Origin: Verrucomicrobiaceae bacterium TMED86 | Lineage (GTDB): Bacteria > Verrucomicrobiota > Verrucomicrobiia > Verrucomicrobiales > Akkermansiaceae | Assembly (NCBI GenBank): GCA_002172625.1 | Contig: NHEN01000002.1 | Coordinates: forward strand, 1 to 42,822 | Direction of reading: 5' to 3' | Length of the DNA stretch: 42,822 nucleotides | Shown: piece after piece, positions 40,957-42,822 of the stretch | How positions within the stretch are numbered: position 1 is the stretch's first letter | Layout of the letters: the number at the start of each line of letters is the position of its first letter | The notes under the pieces: model-generated | The model's input: only the letters and a program-made list of their open reading frames with translations | Databases searched by the model: none | Told to the model about the DNA's origin: nothing | Program-made: the position numbers and the translations under genes

Positions 40957-42822
40957 ATGAAAAAATCTTATCTCCTGGCCCTCGTCCCTGTCATCGCCAT
41001 TCCCGTCCTGGGACAACTCTCAAAGGACGGCTCCCAACGAAAAGCCCCACCCAAAGGCTGGACCAAGTTCGAATGGGCTCAAAAGAAAGATATCCTCCTC
41101 AAATATTTCGCTCCGACCACCGAAGAGCTCGCCGCCATCGACAAGGCTCTTCCCACCAAACTTTCGGTCGAACCTAAAAACCCCCGCCGCATTCTCCTCT
41201 TCTACAAATGCGACTACCCGCACAGCTCTATCGCCACCGGTATCGCGGCTTTTGAAAAAATGGGCCAGGCCACCAAAGCCTTCGCAGTCGACAGCACCGA
41301 CGACCCCGAAAAGTTCTCCGCGCAAAACCTCGCGCAATACGACGCCATCCTTCTCAACAACTCCGTTGGCTACGAAGCCTTCCTCAACGAGACCCAACGT
41401 CAGGCTCTTCTCGATTTCGTTAAATCCGGCAAAGGTCTTATCGGCATCCACGCCGCTGCCGATGCCTGCAAGGAGTGGAAACCCGGGGCCGATCTCATGG
41501 GCGGCGTCTTCGAATGCCACCCCTGGACCTCCAAAGGAACTTGGGCTCTCAAAGTAGAATCTCCTCTTCATCCGCTCAACACGGCCTTCGACGAAACGGG
41601 CGACTTCATCAACGACGAGATTTATCACTACCGCAACGGTTCCTTTTCCACCGACAGATCCCGCGTCCTCCTCAGTCTCGACATGGAACAACCGCGCAAT
41701 TTTTTAGGGAGCGGACTCCAACAAAAAAATGCCGGGGTCATTGCAAAAGAAAACGACTATCCCGTCGCCTGGCTCCACCAACATGGCAAAGGCCGCGTCT
41801 TCTATTCCAACCTCGGCCACAACCATTCGACCTACTGGAATCCCAAAGTCCTGCAACACTATCTCGACGGCATCCAATACGCCCTAGGCGATCTCGAAGC
41901 CGACGCCACGCCTTCCGGGAAACTTTCCCTCATCACCATCGCCCCCGCTCCGGCCAAGCGCATCGTCTTCCTCGCCGGCCGACCATCCCATAAATCTGGC
42001 GATCACGAATTCCGCGCCGGCTGCCTTCTTCTCGCCAAAGCTCTCAACACCCAGAGCGACCTCCCCGTGAAGGCCGAGGTCATTTCCGGCTGGCCCAAAG
42101 ACGACACGGTGCTCGATGATGCCGCCGCCCTTGTCATCTACTGCGATTCCGACTCCGTTCACCGCGAGCAATACAAACGCCTCATGGAACTCCACGAAGA
42201 AGGCTCCGGCATTTTCTTCATGCACTACGGCGTGCATCCCAAGAAGCCCGAGGACGGCAAAAATTATTACCTCCCCACCGTCGGTGGCTTCATGGAATCC
42301 GGCTTCTCGGTAAATCCAAAATGGGCTGCTGATCTCAATGCAACCTCCGATCATCCTGTCCGACGCGGTTGCGAAGATCCCGTTCCCGTTTACGACGAAT
42401 GGTATTACTCCCTCCGCTTCGCAAAAAACGTGATCCCACTCGTCACAGCCATCCCCACCAAAGACAACATGGTCGCGGGATCCAACCTATGGAACGAGAA
42501 CGCCACCATGAACTATGGCAAACCTCAAAACCTCGTCTGGGGATTTGAGAACTTCGACGGCACCCGCGGCGGCGGCTTCACCGGTGGGCACTACCACCGC
42601 AACTGGGTCATCGACGGTTACCGCAAGATGATCCTCAACACCATCGTCTGGATTGCCGGCATGGATGTTCCTGAAGGCGGCGTGAAGTCCGAAAAAATCA
42701 CCGAGGAACAAATCAACGCCAATCTCGATCAAAAGGAAAACATGACGCGCATCAAGCTCCCCTTGAAAACCGCTAAGGACTACCGCCTCGCCGAACTCCG
42801 CTCCCGCGCCGAGAGAGAGAAA
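40957..42822 (+). CDS. secreted protein with two tandem ThuA-like domains; the 3' end lies beyond the window
   Basis: Hand translation is open from the ATG at 40957 to the window end (622 codons). It is absent from the ORF track because there is no stop. It has a signal peptide (MKKSYLLALVPVIAIPVLG). Domain 1 shows ILLFYKCDYPHSSIATG, GLIGIHAAADA, ECHPW and VFYSNLGHN. Domain 2 shows RIVFLAGRPSHKSGDHEF, VIYCDSD and GGFTGGHYHRNW. An in-frame ATG at 40927 is an alternative start. Confidence 0.75.
   Translation, partial: MKKSYLLALVPVIAIPVLGQLSKDGSQRKAPPKGWTKFEWAQKKDILLKYFAPTTEELAAIDKALPTKLSVEPKNPRRILLFYKCDYPHSSIATGIAAFEKMGQATKAFAVDSTDDPEKFSAQNLAQYDAILLNNSVGYEAFLNETQRQALLDFVKSGKGLIGIHAAADACKEWKPGADLMGGVFECHPWTSKGTWALKVESPLHPLNTAFDETGDFINDEIYHYRNGSFSTDRSRVLLSLDMEQPRNFLGSGLQQKNAGVIAKENDYPVAWLHQHGKGRVFYSNLGHNHSTYWNPKVLQHYLDGIQYALGDLEADATPSGKLSLITIAPAPAKRIVFLAGRPSHKSGDHEFRAGCLLLAKALNTQSDLPVKAEVISGWPKDDTVLDDAAALVIYCDSDSVHREQYKRLMELHEEGSGIFFMHYGVHPKKPEDGKNYYLPTVGGFMESGFSVNPKWAADLNATSDHPVRRGCEDPVPVYDEWYYSLRFAKNVIPLVTAIPTKDNMVAGSNLWNENATMNYGKPQNLVWGFENFDGTRGGGFTGGHYHRNWVIDGYRKMILNTIVWIAGMDVPEGGVKSEKITEEQINANLDQKENMTRIKLPLKTAKDYRLAELRSRAEREK

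Overview
This window is chromosomal and mostly housekeeping. It probably comes from a PVC-superphylum bacterium, Verrucomicrobiota-like. That placement is an inference from four things: a DUF1592/DUF1552 gene pair with a planctomycete-type cytochrome c motif, a MurC-MurB fusion, a tandem ThuA-domain protein, and no Shine-Dalgarno motifs ahead of highly expressed genes. The core is a conserved minus-strand block: tRNA-Thr, tuf, tRNA-Trp, secE, nusG, rplK, rplA, rplJ, rplL, rpoB, rpoC (about 8.3-21.4 kb). To its left are lnt (partial), a phosphosugar mutase, a SAM methyltransferase and dnaE. To its right are a YmdB-like phosphoesterase, an amidase, an SDR, the DUF1552/DUF1592 pair, a transglutaminase-like membrane protein, recQ, a thioredoxin-like protein, a di-haem peroxidase, murG plus the murC-murB fusion, argD, a deaminase and a partial ThuA protein. 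I saw no rRNA, CRISPR array, transposase, integrase or phage genes, and no obvious multi-gene accessory system. Three coding regions are missing from the supplied ORF track and were found by hand translation. Two are edge-truncated (lnt at 1-1041 and ThuA at 40957-42822). The third is a 114-codon signal-peptide HMA (heavy-metal-associated) gene at 7570-7914, split by one in-frame TGA. That TGA sits where the first metal-binding Cys belongs, and a stem-loop resembling a bacterial SECIS element lies downstream at the expected distance. This candidate selenoprotein (the alternative is a point-mutation pseudogene) is the most interesting item. A second oddity is stop-codon usage among the 26 stops I read by hand: 14 TAG, 11 TAA and 1 TGA. 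All protein calls rest on motifs recognised by eye; no database search was possible.
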